64,000 bases of DNA from Rhynchopus sp. YZ270_cl-10 (GCA_964035575.1 OZ037838.1:1302001-1366000), one strand, 5' to 3'. Positions 23,530 to 35,863 are shown, counted from the first letter of the stretch. The notes: a model not told the origin generated them from the letters alone. Translations and numbers: made by a program.

Positions 23530-23831
23530 TTCAGTTTTCATTAAATTTTTTTTTTGCAAAACTTTTTCACCCCTCAAAGAATGGCGTCACAATAAACCTC
23601 GCGTTTTGTTAGCTCCTTTTGCACAAAGAGCCTTCATTGGTGAGGGGAGGGTGATTGTCACAACAACGAAGAGGGGGAGGGGGGATGGGTTCACTCATTT
23701 TGATGTTACAGAATTGAAGTGAGGATGATGGGGGAAAAAAAAAACTGTACTTCATTGGTCCCCACCAGTGGAGTCCCCCATACAGGAGGAAGGGAGGGGG
23801 TTCGCCCTCTCCCACCATACTACACGCGAAT

Positions 23832-24332
23832 ATGACTCTCCTTTTAAGGAGATATGATATGGCGATTGCTCAGGCGCGGGCTATGACGGCTGAAGCGATG
23901 ACTGAGGATGAGTGGTGTGATGCGGCCGACCTGGTGTCAGCTGCATGCACTCTATCGGGGCTGATCTCGCAGCTCACGATAGAGGTGGCAGAAGAGGAAA
24001 CGGCGGTGCAACCGCCACATGACGTGACACCGCGGGCCGTAGCGCTTGCGATGTTGGTGCGAGCAGCAGCAGCGACTTGCACCGAAGACGAGACACCCGG
24101 CGCCTGCTTCCCCGCAGGAGCCACAACAACAGCGACCCCCACCATGACGTGCACCACCGGTGGGAAGGTCAAGACGCCTCACAAGGCGCTGAAGAACAAG
24201 CCCCCGCCGCCGCCCCCACCCGACCGTGGGTTGACTGCAGCCAGGAAGCCAGTGCCGCCGCCGCCGCCCAATCGAGACTGGACGACGACGACCGCCATGA
24301 GCATTGCATGGAGTAACTCCGGCATCACTTAG
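23832..24332 (+). CDS. Hypothetical protein (166 aa) with a polyproline C-terminus
   Basis: GC-rich ATG-initiated ORF in AT-rich flanks with two KPxPPPPP motifs; no recognised domain. Confidence 0.5.
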   Translation: MTLLLRRYDMAIAQARAMTAEAMTEDEWCDAADLVSAACTLSGLISQLTIEVAEEETAVQPPHDVTPRAVALAMLVRAAAATCTEDETPGACFPAGATTTATPTMTCTTGGKVKTPHKALKNKPPPPPPPDRGLTAARKPVPPPPPNRDWTTTTAMSIAWSNSGIT

Positions 24333-25589
24333 ACGCGTGTAGTATAGTGGAGTTCATCTTCGGGTGTCTACACTAAAACAACCAAGTTTTCAAAAAAAAT
24401 ACGTAGTGTATGACTGTATGTTATTGTGTGATGTGAAGAATGCAAGAACAAAAAAAAAGCAGAAATAAAAAAGAGAAAAAAGGAGAGGAGCTAGACTCGA
24501 GTCTGTGTTTTATATTTAAAAAAAAAACATATAGTGGAGCACACTCTAGGGTGGCTACACTAATACAACCAAGTTTTCAAAAAACGTACCAATTTCTCGC
24601 CGTGAAAATATCTTGCGTAATAATTTTGTGTGTACGACAGGCACATTCATCTTACAAGTTTTTTTCTACTTCCCATTTTTATTTATGTTCTTTTTATGCT
24701 TGAAAAATGTGGCGTGTGTGTTATATCGTGTGTATATGTTTTTTTTTTCTCGAAAATTTGTCGTCAATTACGATCGAAGGTTACCTAGCAACGAGAGGCT
24801 TCGGATCAAATAATGTACAACACTTTTTTTTTGAAAAAGTAAAATTGTGAATCGTGTGCACTTTTGTTTTCCCCCTCTTTTATTATTATTTTATGTTACG
24901 GATGGGGGGCAATGGTTCTGTGCACAACCTCTTTCGTGGAAACCGTGCGCATGTCAATGAAGTGCTCTCCGGGGGTTCGACAACCTGCGAAAGTAGCAAT
25001 ACTCTGCATCCGGCGATGAACTGGTGAGGCATTTTGCATTTTTTCGACCCTCTCTTTTCGTATGCTACACAATATTGTCGTAATGTCGTCCACTCCCCCC
25101 GCCCAGCAAAAAATAAAGCAACCCCAACACCCACATCCCTATGATATTGTCTTCCCCCCTAATATTTGATATCAGATGGAAACCACGAAATGGATTGTAG
25201 GACTGTATGGGTGGGTGTTCACCCGTACACCCATTGGACCAAGGTACACTGTTCACGGGAGGGTTTTGTATTTCAATTCTATTAGGACAAATACTTTGTG
25301 CGTATGACGTGGGTAGCGTACCAACTAAACAACAAGACGAACGGGGTTTTTATTATTCCACTTTGATTGGGAGCTCAGATATGAGGTGCTTCAGTCTGTT
25401 CGCGTTGTTCTGTTTTTTTATTGCTGTGCAATATGCGCAGTAGTCTTTGCTGTGGCAGACATGTCTAAGCATGCGTGTCTAAGTTCATGTGTACGTACTT
25501 TCACAGAGCGTCCGCAAACAGAACAATCCACGCCCCAGCTCCAGCACCTCCCCCAGCAGAGAAAACAAACGACAAGAAAGAAAACAACG

Positions 25590-26714
25590 ATGGATGTGAC
25601 CTTTGTGCTGGAAGAGTCAGGCGTGACTGCGACAGTGGAGGTGCCGTGCGAGGCGGACGTTGCAGCGGCAAAGGAGGTTGCGTGCACGGCGCTTGCTGTC
25701 TCGCCTGCGTCTGTCGAGATGCGCATCGGCACGCAGGTGCTGGAGGGGACGTGCCGTCTGCAGGACACTGCGTTTGATGCAGGGGTGCAGGTTGTGCTTG
25801 CCCGCCCTCGCTTTGCCGACATCAAGTGTCCTGCTGAGTACAGTGTAGAGTCGCCAACTGGTAGGCAAGGGAGGAACATACAATGTTTATCGCTGTCTCC
25901 TTGTGGAGCACTCTGCCTCTTTACACAGGAGGATGGCTATGTCACCAGCCTCGATACAGACACCTTCAGCCCTGCCTTCAAGTTCAAAGTAGACATTGAG
26001 GTGTACGGTGCGCCTGCCATCTCACGGTGCAAGACACGCTGCTATCTGCCGTGCAGGGAAGGCCTACACGTGGTTGCGCTTCCGGGTGGGGAGGTGCTCC
26101 GCAAGGTTGACGGCACCTCGTACCTCGTGTTCGCGTGTGGTGGTGATGTTGTCTCCCGTGGCGAAGGTAGCGTCTCTGTGTATGACGAAGACCTGACGTT
26201 GCTCCGCTGTCTCACACACGAAGGGTGCAACAAGTGGCGCGGGAGCGTGGCAGTGTCGCCCTCTGGTGGGTGGGTGATCACCTGCTCCTTCAGTGAGAAG
26301 AACGCACGTCTGTGGGATGTGAACACAGGTGAAGCTGTGGCATGTGTGCCTGCGGATGGGGGGTGTAAAGTGGCGCTTTCACGGTCTGCCTCTGTCTTTG
26401 CTGTGGAGTGCTCTGACAAAGTGCAGCTCTATGACTGGAGTGGTGCGGCTCTTGGCAGCTTGGAAAAGGAGCAGTCTCACGTCTGTGCCGTGCAGTTCAC
26501 TCCATGTGGGAAGTACGTCGTTGTTGCGTTTGAGAGGGGTGAAATATTTTGTGAAGAGTACACTCTGCACCAGTATGATGTGGCGACCATGTCCTGTGTG
26601 CGTGTGATACAGGACACCGAAGGTGTATTTGCGATCTCGCCGTGTTCACGTGTGGTTGTGTTCAGGGCAGCAGGAGGTGACGTCCTTGTCACAAGACATC
26701 TGTACCCCTACTGA
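25590..26714 (+). CDS. Ubl-WD40 family copy 9
   Basis: Intact ORF from ATG 25590. Confidence 0.88.
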   Translation: MDVTFVLEESGVTATVEVPCEADVAAAKEVACTALAVSPASVEMRIGTQVLEGTCRLQDTAFDAGVQVVLARPRFADIKCPAEYSVESPTGRQGRNIQCLSLSPCGALCLFTQEDGYVTSLDTDTFSPAFKFKVDIEVYGAPAISRCKTRCYLPCREGLHVVALPGGEVLRKVDGTSYLVFACGGDVVSRGEGSVSVYDEDLTLLRCLTHEGCNKWRGSVAVSPSGGWVITCSFSEKNARLWDVNTGEAVACVPADGGCKVALSRSASVFAVECSDKVQLYDWSGAALGSLEKEQSHVCAVQFTPCGKYVVVAFERGEIFCEEYTLHQYDVATMSCVRVIQDTEGVFAISPCSRVVVFRAAGGDVLVTRHLYPY

Positions 26715-27025
26715 GCGATGCAGTCCACCCTCTGTGGGAAGTACCTCCTCGCTGTCGCTGAGTACTGCGGTGTGTTGCTGTCGTGTGTTGCATCAGTATT
26801 TGCGTTGCACCCTCGACCTACTAGCCTGTGAGAGAATTCATTTTGAGACATTTTGAGGATAACGACCACACCACCCTATTCCTCTCTCTTTTACAGTGCC
26901 TTGATCAAACCCTCTTCTGTTGGTGGAAACTACAGACACAACGAAAATGTCTAAATACCCAAAACAAAACAACCCACACCTCATCTCCTCCCAACAGAGG
27001 TGGAACAAGAAGAAGACAAAACAAT

Positions 27026-28144
27026 ATGATGGATGTGACCTTTGTGCTGGAAGAGTCAGGCGTGACTGCGACAGTGGAGGTGCCGTGCGAGGCGGACGTT
27101 GCAGCGGCAAAGGAGGTTGCGTGCACGGCGCTTGCTGTCTCTCCTGCGTCTGTCGAGATGCGCATCGGCACGCAGGTGCTGGAGGGGACGTGCCGTCTGC
27201 AGGACACTGCGTTTGATGCAGGGGTGCAGGTTGTGCTTGCCTGTCGCTTTGCCGACATCAAGTGTCCTGCTGAGTACAGTGTAGCGGCGCCGTTGTCTTC
27301 TCACATTTCACTCTCACGTTGTGGGACGCTTTGTGTCTTCTCTAGCCCTTTGTTTGGGCAGTTTTTCGGATTAGAGACAGAAACCTTCGAGACTGCCTTC
27401 AAATTCAAAGTAGACATTGAGGTGTGCGGTGAGCCTGCCATCTCACGGTGCAAGACACGCTGCTACCTGGCGGGCGAGGGAGATCTTCTCGAGGTTGCGC
27501 TTCCGGGTGGGGAGGTGCTCCGCACAGTGGACTGCTCGTCAAAGGCAGTGTTCGCGTGTGGCGTTGTTGTCTCCCAAGGCAAAGACGGCGTCTCTGTGTA
27601 TGGCGAAGACCTGACGTTGCTCCGCTCTATCTCGCACGAAGGGTGCAGGCGCGTAGCAGTATCGGACTGTGGTGGGTGGGCGATATCCTCCTCCGCCTTG
27701 GAGAAGAACGCACGTCTGTGGGATGTGAACACAGGTGAAGCTGTTGCCTGTGTTCGTTTGGTTGGGGGCACCTACCAAGTGGCGCTTTCCCCGTCTGCCT
27801 CTGTCTTTGCTGTGGTGTGCTCTGACAAGGTGCAGCTCTATGACTGGAGTGGTGTGGCTCTTCGTAGTGTTGATACGGAAAGACGGGAGGTGGGGCAGAT
27901 GCAGTTCACACCGTGCGGAAAGTACCTTGTGGTCAGAACCTCTTTGCTCTTATTCGATGGTGACTCTTTTCTGTGTGATAAGGAGCACGAACTCCGTCAG
28001 TATGACGTGGCGACCATGTCCTGTGTGCGCGTGATCCCGAAGAGCGGCACTCTATTTGCGATATCACCTTGTTCACGTGTGGTTGTGTTCCGGTGTGGCG
28101 GAGTGGTGAAGACGAGACATCTTCACCCTTACAGCAGGGACTGA
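27026..28144 (+). CDS. Ubl-WD40 family copy 10
   Basis: Intact ORF from ATG 27026/27029. Confidence 0.88.
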   Translation: MMDVTFVLEESGVTATVEVPCEADVAAAKEVACTALAVSPASVEMRIGTQVLEGTCRLQDTAFDAGVQVVLACRFADIKCPAEYSVAAPLSSHISLSRCGTLCVFSSPLFGQFFGLETETFETAFKFKVDIEVCGEPAISRCKTRCYLAGEGDLLEVALPGGEVLRTVDCSSKAVFACGVVVSQGKDGVSVYGEDLTLLRSISHEGCRRVAVSDCGGWAISSSALEKNARLWDVNTGEAVACVRLVGGTYQVALSPSASVFAVVCSDKVQLYDWSGVALRSVDTERREVGQMQFTPCGKYLVVRTSLLLFDGDSFLCDKEHELRQYDVATMSCVRVIPKSGTLFAISPCSRVVVFRCGGVVKTRHLHPYSRD

Positions 28145-28246
28145 GGCTTTGCCGTGCGCGAGGTGTAGCTCTTGCCCACTTCCACTTCCACTCCTTCTTG
28201 GCGGCGTGTGAGACGCGTCGCCAAGAAGCCCCTCTAGTGCCTAGGT

Positions 28247-28374
28247 ACAGCCGTTGAACCACATTGAGCAGAGCGGGTTGTTCCCTGGCCCGCACTTCCA
28301 CTATACATCTGCGCTATTGGGATGACAGGTGGACATTCGGACCTCCAAATGATGGACTTAACTGCAGACGAGAT
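28247..28374 (+). pseudogene. Duplicated internal fragment of the amidohydrolase gene
   Basis: Near-identical to 22214-22336 (CAGCCGTTGAACCACATTGAGCAGAG...ATGGACTTAACTGCAGA), then GCAGACGAGAT as at ~22500. Confidence 0.85.
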
Positions 28375-28716
28375 GGGGTCATTGTGACAAGGCATCGGTA
28401 CCCAACAGTGTGATGTGTGCCCAGGGGGGGTGGTGATGAGTATACCCAAAGAAAAACCCAAGACCCTCAAAACACCCCCAAGAAACTCCCCTTTCAGCCC
28501 TTTTGCTGCTTTTCTCTTGTTTGCCTGCCACAGGTCGCCCACCTCACACGCTGCCCATGCGGCGCTCTCGTGTTGGTGACAGATCGCGATGCTGAGGATC
28601 ATTTTCCTTTCGTCACCTCCCACAACAAGAACCACCACAAACATGCAACACAGAACAACACCTCTCCCCCACATCACTCCCTCCGTTTGTGGTGGAGCAA
28701 AGAAGAAGACAAAACA

Positions 28717-29930
28717 ATGGATGTGACCTTTGTGCTGGAAGAATCAGGCGTGACTGCGACAGTGGAGGTGCCGTGCGAGGCGGACGTTGCAGCGGCAAAG
28801 GAGGTTGCGTGCACGGCGCTTGCTGTCTCGCCTGCGTCTGTCGAGATGCGCATCGGCACGCAGGTGCTGGAGGGGACGTGCCGTCTGCAGGACACTGCGT
28901 TTGATGCAGGGGTGCAGGTTGTGCTTGCCCGCCCTCGCTTGGCCGATATCAGGGTGGCGCGTTCCCCTGCAAGTGTCCTGCTGAGTACACATGCTTCGGA
29001 GTGTTTGAGCACCATATTTGCACATTCTCGTTGTCTCCTTGTGGAACGCTCTGTCTCTATTTCTTCCAAAGCCATTCAGCCTCGGACGGAAGGATATTCT
29101 TCTCCATCTTTGACACTGAAACCTTCGAGTTGGTGTTCAAGTTTGAAATCGACTACGGAGAGTATCGCGAGTGCAAACTAGGTAGAGCTGCCATCTCACG
29201 GTGCAAAACACGTTGCTACATCCCGTATGATTGCTACCCCCACAATAGTGGTTTTCTGCAGTGTGTTGCACTTCCGAGTGGAGAGGTGCTCCGCAAAGTT
29301 GAGCGCACCTCGAGAGCAGTGTTCGCATGTGGCGATGTTGTTCTCTCCGAAGGCGAAGACGGCGTCTCTGTGTATGACGAAGACCTGACGTTGCTCCGCT
29401 CTCTCTCGCACAAGCATTGTAGGCACGCGGCAGTGTCGCGGTGGGTGGGTGACCACCTACTCCAAGAAAGAGGACGACGTACGTCTGTGGGATGTGAACA
29501 CAGGCGAAACTGTGTCATGTACACAGGTGGAGTTGTGGTGTGGCCACTGGTGCATTGGGGTAGCGCTTTCGCGGTCTGCTTCTCTCTTTGCTACGGGGGT
29601 CTCTTTCGGAATACAGCTCTATGATTGGAGTGGTGCGGCTCTTCGCAGTGTCGATGTGGATGAGAGCATCCGGGGCATGCAGTTCACCCCGTGTGGGAAG
29701 TACCTTGTGGTCAGTATCCGAACGGTCAAGGTGGATGTTTTTCTGGAACCTACGGAAGATAGCACTGATGATGTGGATGACGATGATGATTGTTACGCTA
29801 TTGACTGACGGAACTCCGCCAGTACGATGTTGCAACCATGTCGTGTGTGCATGTGATACAAGAAGTCTGTGAGTCGTTTGAGATATCGCCGTGTTCACGT
29901 GTGGTTGTGTTTGCGGAGGTGGGGACAACC
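28717..29930 (+). pseudogene. Ubl-WD40 family copy 11 (three frameshifts)
   Basis: A 20-nt insertion at 28950-28969, a ~5-nt deletion at ~29439, a frameshift and stop at ~29806-29810, and loss of the TRHLYP terminus. Confidence 0.85.
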
Positions 29931-31096
29931 TTTGCTCTCCCCTGTTCACATCAAAACAAAGAGGGTCGGTAATCATGTTATTGATGTTTAATTTTTCTGT
30001 TTACACGTATGAAAATACACCCACACAGCGCAGCATTGCGCACCTCGTAACCTCCAGTTGCATTACACCTCAGCTTAATCTCCCCTTTCCTGTGCCCTAC
30101 TTAAACTACTACTTTTCTTTTTCCCATCCCCCACCCCGTTGCCTTACTGTGCTTGCACTACCCACCCCCTGATATAAATACACCTACACAGCGCAGCATT
30201 GCGCACCTCGTACTCCAGTTGCATTACACAGACTGGAGATGTTGAGCCGAATGAGGGTTCGAGAAGTTGGAGAGAAAGTTGACCTATTGCCTGCTTCCAC
30301 ACCTGTGGTGTGTGGCACCCTGTAAGTTCTTTGTGTAATGATGTCAACTACTTTGGATTACAGCAATGCGAACAGTGTGTTCAAGAATTTAATTTTGATA
30401 AAAATGATCGTGGCACCACTAATCATATTCATTTCCTGTATTTGCACATCAAACAATCATCGTGCACTACCTTGGCTCTCGTAAGTAACAAAGTTGTAAG
30501 GACCTTCAACAGAAAGTATGAAGATCGGAGGACGAGAATTTGTTCATATTCTTCTTGTCTGTCTGTTTGTAAATGGTGCATGTGCACACAACATTGGTGT
30601 ATTCGTAGTGACCATATTGAGTTGCAGCCCAACCACGACAACATAATATACCACACCCTCCCCAGTCCCACCCTGTAATGCAACCAAGTTTTTAAAGAAA
30701 AATAAACAAAAAACAAAATAAAACAGCACAACAAAGAACACGAAACACGAAACCACACACCTTTGTTTCCCCTCCGTACCTCCCTCTGCTCTCCTCTTTT
30801 GCAAGAACGCTCCTTCGTTTATGAAGCAATCTTCTTTTATTCTCCTAAACGCATGCATCGCAAACATTTTGTTGCTTGCTAACTCAGTCAGACACAACAC
30901 AGAACACATCGACGCACCCTCTACCTCTAACCTGTGAGGAAATTTATTCTCAGACATTTTAATTTTTCACTTTTGCCTGTTCAAACCCTTCTGTTGGTGG
31001 AAACTGACACAACGAAAACATCACAAACACACAAAACAAAAACAACCCACACCTCATCTCCTCCTAACAGAGGTGGAACAAGAAGAAGACAAAGCA

Positions 31097-32236
31097 ATGA
31101 TGGATGTGACCTTTGTGCTGGAAGAGTCAGGCATGACTGCGACAGTGGAGGTGCCGTGCGAGGCGGACGTTGCAGCGGCAAAGGAGGTTGCGTGCACGGC
31201 GCTTGCTGTCTCGCCTGCGTCTGTCGAGATGCGCATCGGCACGCAGGTGCTGGAGGGGACATGCCGTCTGCAGGACACTGCGTTTGATGCAGGGGTGCAG
31301 GTTGTGCTTGCCCGCCCTCGCTTTGCCGACATCAAGTGTCCTGCTGAGTGCAGTGTAGAGGCGCCACCTGGAAGGACAACTGGTGGTCAGCGGATGAATC
31401 GATTAACGCTGTCACCTTGTGGAGCACTCTGCCTCTTTACACAGGAGGATGGCTATGTAACCGGCCTCGATACAGACACCTTCAGCCCTGCCTTCAGGTT
31501 CAAAGTAGACTTTGAGGGGTACGCTGTGCCTGCCATCTCACGGTGCAAGACACGCTGCTACCTGGTGTCCTGGGAAGGTCTGCACGAGTTTGCGCTTCCG
31601 GGTGGGGAGTTTCTCCGCAAAGTCGACGGCACCTCGTTCCAAGTGTTCGCCTGTGGCAGGGTTGTTGTCTCCCGTGGCGAAGACGGGGTCTCTGTGTATG
31701 ACGAAGACCTGACGTTGCTCCACACTCTCTCGCACGAAGGGTGTGGGTGTGTGGCAGTGTCGGACTGTGGTGGGTGGGTGATCACCTCCTCCTACAAGGA
31801 GAGGAACGCACGTCTGTGGGATGTGAACACAGGTGAAGCTGTGGCATGTGTGCCTGCGGATGGGGGCATCGTGGCGCTGTCACGGTCTGCCTCTATCTTT
31901 GCCGTGGAGTGCTCTCTGGCTGAGAAAGCGCAGCTCTATGACTGGAGTGGGGCGGCTCTTGGCAGCTTTGAAAAGGAGGAGTCTCGCGTATGTGCCGTGC
32001 AGTTCACTCCATGTGGGAAGTACGTCGTCGTTGGGTTTGATAACAATGATGTTCGATATTGTGGAGAGTATACTCTGCACCAGTATGATGTGGCGACCAT
32101 GTCCTGTGTGCGTTCGATACAGGACAGCAAAGGTGTATTTGCGATCTCGCCGTGTTCACGTGTGGTTGTGTCCAAGGCAGCAGGAGGTGACGCAGGAGGC
32201 GACGTCCTTGTGACACAACATCTGTACCCCTACTGA
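31097..32236 (+). CDS. Ubl-WD40 family copy 12
   Basis: Intact ORF from ATG 31097/31100; closest to copy 9. Confidence 0.88.
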   Translation: MMDVTFVLEESGMTATVEVPCEADVAAAKEVACTALAVSPASVEMRIGTQVLEGTCRLQDTAFDAGVQVVLARPRFADIKCPAECSVEAPPGRTTGGQRMNRLTLSPCGALCLFTQEDGYVTGLDTDTFSPAFRFKVDFEGYAVPAISRCKTRCYLVSWEGLHEFALPGGEFLRKVDGTSFQVFACGRVVVSRGEDGVSVYDEDLTLLHTLSHEGCGCVAVSDCGGWVITSSYKERNARLWDVNTGEAVACVPADGGIVALSRSASIFAVECSLAEKAQLYDWSGAALGSFEKEESRVCAVQFTPCGKYVVVGFDNNDVRYCGEYTLHQYDVATMSCVRSIQDSKGVFAISPCSRVVVSKAAGGDAGGDVLVTQHLYPY

Positions 32237-32779
32237 GTGATGCAGTCCACCCTGTGTGGGAAGTACCTCCTCGCTGTCGCTGAGTACTGCGGTGTGTTGC
32301 TGCCGTGATCAGTATTTGCGTTGCACCCTCGACCTACTAGCCTGTGAGGGAATTCATTTTGTACGAGTATGCAATACGTCTGGAAATGAAGGACGCGCTC
32401 TTCGGTTGCCATGTGTCTTACCGTGTTCCCCTTCCCCCCTTTTGTTCTCCACCTCTCCCGTACTTCAGGACGCGGTTTTGGGGGTTTTTTCGAGACTGTT
32501 GGGGTTCGAAAAATAAAAAAGGATGAAAAGTACAAAGGGGACATCCGACTTTAGTGGGAGGGATGGATGCGATCAACAAACAACGAATAAATAAAGAAGT
32601 ATTTCATTATTAGGGACACGCAATGTATAAAAAGAAGTTTCTGTCGCGATTGTATTTGAGAATGCTGTTGTTTCCTTTTGTACCCCTTTGGAAAAAGGCT
32701 TTTTACCTCTCTCACAAAACAAAACAACCCACACCCCATCTCCTTCCCAACAGAGGTGGAACAAGAAGAAGACAAAACA

Positions 32780-33844
32780 ATGGATGTGACCTTTGTGCTG
32801 GAAGAGTCAGGCGTGACTGCGACAGTGGAGGTGCCGTGCGAGGCGGACGTTGCAGCGGCAAAGGAGGTTGCGTGCACGGCGCTTGCTGTCTCGCCTGCGT
32901 CTGTCGAGATGCGCATCGGCACGCAGGTGCTGGAGGGGACGTGCCGTCTGCAGGACACTGCGTTTGATGCAGGGGTGCAGGTTGTGCTTGCCTGTCCTCG
33001 CTTGGCCGACATCAAGTGTCCTGCTCAGTACACTGCAACGCATGTGGGACCCTTGTCACTGTCGCCTTGTGGAACGCTCTGCGTCTATAGTAGCAGGGAT
33101 GGGCATTTTGATGGTTTCGACACAGAAACCTTCGACACTGTCTTCTCGTTCATACTGGACACTCTAGTGTCCGGTCTGCCTGCCATCTTACAGTGCAAGA
33201 CACGCTGCTACTTGGCGTGTGAGAATTGCCTTCTCGAGGTTGCGCTTCCTGGTGGGGAGGTGCTCCGCAAAGTTGACGGCACCTCGAACGCAGTGTTCAC
33301 GTGTGGCGGTGTTGTTGTCTCGAAGGGCGAAGACGGCGTCTCTGTGTATGACGAAGACCTCACGTTGCTCCGCTCTCTCTCGCACAAAGGGTGCACGACC
33401 ACGGTAGTGTCTGACTGTGGTGAGTGGGTGATCACCTCCTCCCTCAGTGATCAGAAGTCCCGTCTGTGGGATGTGAACACAGGTGAAGCTGTGGCATGTG
33501 TGCCTTCGGGGTGGTTGCCTAGAGTGGCGCTTTCACGGTCTGCCTCTGTCTTTGCTGTGGGGCAGGGTGAAGTCCACCTCTATGATTGGAGTGGTGCGGC
33601 TCTCTGCAGTGTTGATGTGCGTGGGGATATCCAGGGCATGCAGTTCACCCCGTGTGGGAAGTACCTTGTGGTAAGGAATCTAAACGAGCTGCACCAGTAT
33701 GATGTGGCGACCATGTCCTGTGTGCATGTGATACCGCATAGGGAGGTTATGTCCTTTGCAATATCGCCGTGTTCACGTGTTGTGGTTTTGCAACGAGATC
33801 GCGTCATTGTGACGAGGCATCTGTACCCACACAACAGTGAGTGA
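32780..33844 (+). CDS. Ubl-WD40 family copy 13 (shortest loops)
   Basis: Intact ORF from ATG 32780. Confidence 0.88.
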   Translation: MDVTFVLEESGVTATVEVPCEADVAAAKEVACTALAVSPASVEMRIGTQVLEGTCRLQDTAFDAGVQVVLACPRLADIKCPAQYTATHVGPLSLSPCGTLCVYSSRDGHFDGFDTETFDTVFSFILDTLVSGLPAILQCKTRCYLACENCLLEVALPGGEVLRKVDGTSNAVFTCGGVVVSKGEDGVSVYDEDLTLLRSLSHKGCTTTVVSDCGEWVITSSLSDQKSRLWDVNTGEAVACVPSGWLPRVALSRSASVFAVGQGEVHLYDWSGAALCSVDVRGDIQGMQFTPCGKYLVVRNLNELHQYDVATMSCVHVIPHREVMSFAISPCSRVVVLQRDRVIVTRHLYPHNSE

Positions 33845-34368
33845 TGTGTGAGGGGAGGGGAGGGAGGGAAGTGATGAAAAAACCCCAGGGTACCAGCAAA
33901 AAAACCCAAGACCCTCAACACACCCCCAATAAACTCCCCTTTCAGCTCTGTTGCTGCCTTTCTCTTGTTTGCCTCACAGGTCGCCCACCTTACACGCTGC
34001 CCATGCGGCGCTCTCGTGTGGGTGACTGATCACGATGCCGAGTATCATTTTCCTTTCATCACCTCCCACAACAAGAACCACCACAAACATGCAACACAGA
34101 ACAACATTTAGCAGCAGTTTCCGTTTTCCCCACTCTAGCCCCTCCCCGCACATGCATTTTGCACTAACGGTGCCAATTGAAAACAGATTCCTCCCTCATT
34201 CTCCCCCCTTTTGCTTTTGCTTGATTTCTTTAGCCTCTAAGAGTACGATCAGAAACCCCACACAAATTTGCAACACAGAACAACACCTCTCCTCCACCTC
34301 ATCACTCCCTCCGTTTGTGGTGGAGCAAACGTGCTGATTTGCACCTTCTCACGAAGCAACGCAAAACA

Positions 34369-35481
34369 ATGATGGATGTGACCTTTGTGCTGGAAGAGTC
34401 AGGCGTGACTGCGACAGTGGAAGTGCCGTGCGAGGCGGACGTTGCAGCGGCAAAGGAGGTTGCGTGCACGGCGCTTGCTGTCTCGCCTGCGTCTGTCGAG
34501 ATGCGCATCGGCACGCAGGTGCTGGAAGGGACGTGCCGTCTGCAGGACACTGCGTTTGATGCAGGAGTGCAGGTTGTGCTTGCCCGCCCTCGCTTTGCCA
34601 ACATCAAGTGTCCTGCTGAGTACACTGTAGGTGTAGAGGTGATACCTGGAATGCATGAAGGGAGTGTATATGAATTTTCGCTGTCTCCTTGTGGAGCACT
34701 CTGCCTCTTTGCACAGGAGGAAGGCAATGTGACCGTCCTCGATACAGAAACCTTCAGCCCTGCCTTCAAGTTCAAAGTAGACATTGTGGTGTGCGGTCCT
34801 CCCGCCATCTCACGGTGCAAGACACGCTGCTACATGGCGAGTAGGAATTGTCTTGCCAAGGTTGCGCTTCCGGGTGGGGAGGTGCTCCGCAAAGTCGATG
34901 GCAACTCGTACGCAGTATTCGCGTGTGGCGGTGTTGTTGTCTCCCAAGGTGACGACGGTGTCTCTGTGTATGACGAAGACCTGACGTTGCTCCGCTTTCT
35001 CTCGCATAAACGGTGCAGGGACGTGGCAGTGTCGGACTGTGGTGGGTGGGTGATCACCTCCTCCAACAAGGAGAAGAACGCACGTCTGTGGGATGTGAAC
35101 ACAGGTGAAGCTGTGGCATGTGTGCCTGCTAATAGGATCGTGTCGCTTTCACGATCTGCCTCAGTCTTTGCTGTGGTGTGTAACGAAGTGCAGCTCTATG
35201 ACTGGAGTGGTGCGGCTCTTCGCAGCTTTGCAAATGCAGGTCAAAAAATTTCTGGCCTGCAGTTCACTCCCTCCGGGAAGTATCTCGTTGTACGGTTGAT
35301 GGATGTGGGTGCTGAAAAATATTCACTGCACCAGTATGATGTAGCGACCATGTCCTGTGTGCGTGTGTTACCGGCCTCCGACGACTGCGGCCAGTTTACG
35401 ATATCGCCGTGCTCACGTGTGGTACTATTTACGAACAGCAAACGAGACGCTATTGTGACGAGACATCTGCACCCCTACTGA
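34369..35481 (+). CDS. Ubl-WD40 family copy 14
   Basis: Intact ORF from ATG 34369/34372. Confidence 0.88.
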   Translation: MMDVTFVLEESGVTATVEVPCEADVAAAKEVACTALAVSPASVEMRIGTQVLEGTCRLQDTAFDAGVQVVLARPRFANIKCPAEYTVGVEVIPGMHEGSVYEFSLSPCGALCLFAQEEGNVTVLDTETFSPAFKFKVDIVVCGPPAISRCKTRCYMASRNCLAKVALPGGEVLRKVDGNSYAVFACGGVVVSQGDDGVSVYDEDLTLLRFLSHKRCRDVAVSDCGGWVITSSNKEKNARLWDVNTGEAVACVPANRIVSLSRSASVFAVVCNEVQLYDWSGAALRSFANAGQKISGLQFTPSGKYLVVRLMDVGAEKYSLHQYDVATMSCVRVLPASDDCGQFTISPCSRVVLFTNSKRDAIVTRHLHPY

Positions 35482-35830
35482 GTGATGTTTTGCGAGAGGT
35501 TGTGTTTGTGCAGCAGGATAGTACTCCCTTACAACAGGAAAAACAAGACATGCAGCAAAAACAGACCAAGAGAAAACAAAGAGGTTTTGAAAAGGGACAA
35601 TAAAAAGTTTCTCCTCTTTAAGTTTCTGCTTTTATTTTGTCCTACTCCTGGTCGTGATGTACGCAACTTTCCTGCAGTCAACGCAGGGAAAGAAGAATCA
35701 ACGATGTGACACAGGATATGGGCAGAACCGACACCTTTGTCTCAACCAAACCAATTCTATTCTCACATCCTTCCACGTGTACCAACATACCACATCACAG
35801 TGCGTTAAACACAAAGGATCCTGATACATA

Positions 35831-35863
35831 AAACAATGGATGTGACCCTTGCACCCTCGACCT
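35831..35863 (+). pseudogene. Deletion scar of a lost Ubl-WD40 copy
   Basis: AAACAATGGATGTGACC (family start) is fused directly to TTGCACCCTCGACCT, a motif from the downstream spacer of copies 7, 9 and 12. Confidence 0.65.
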
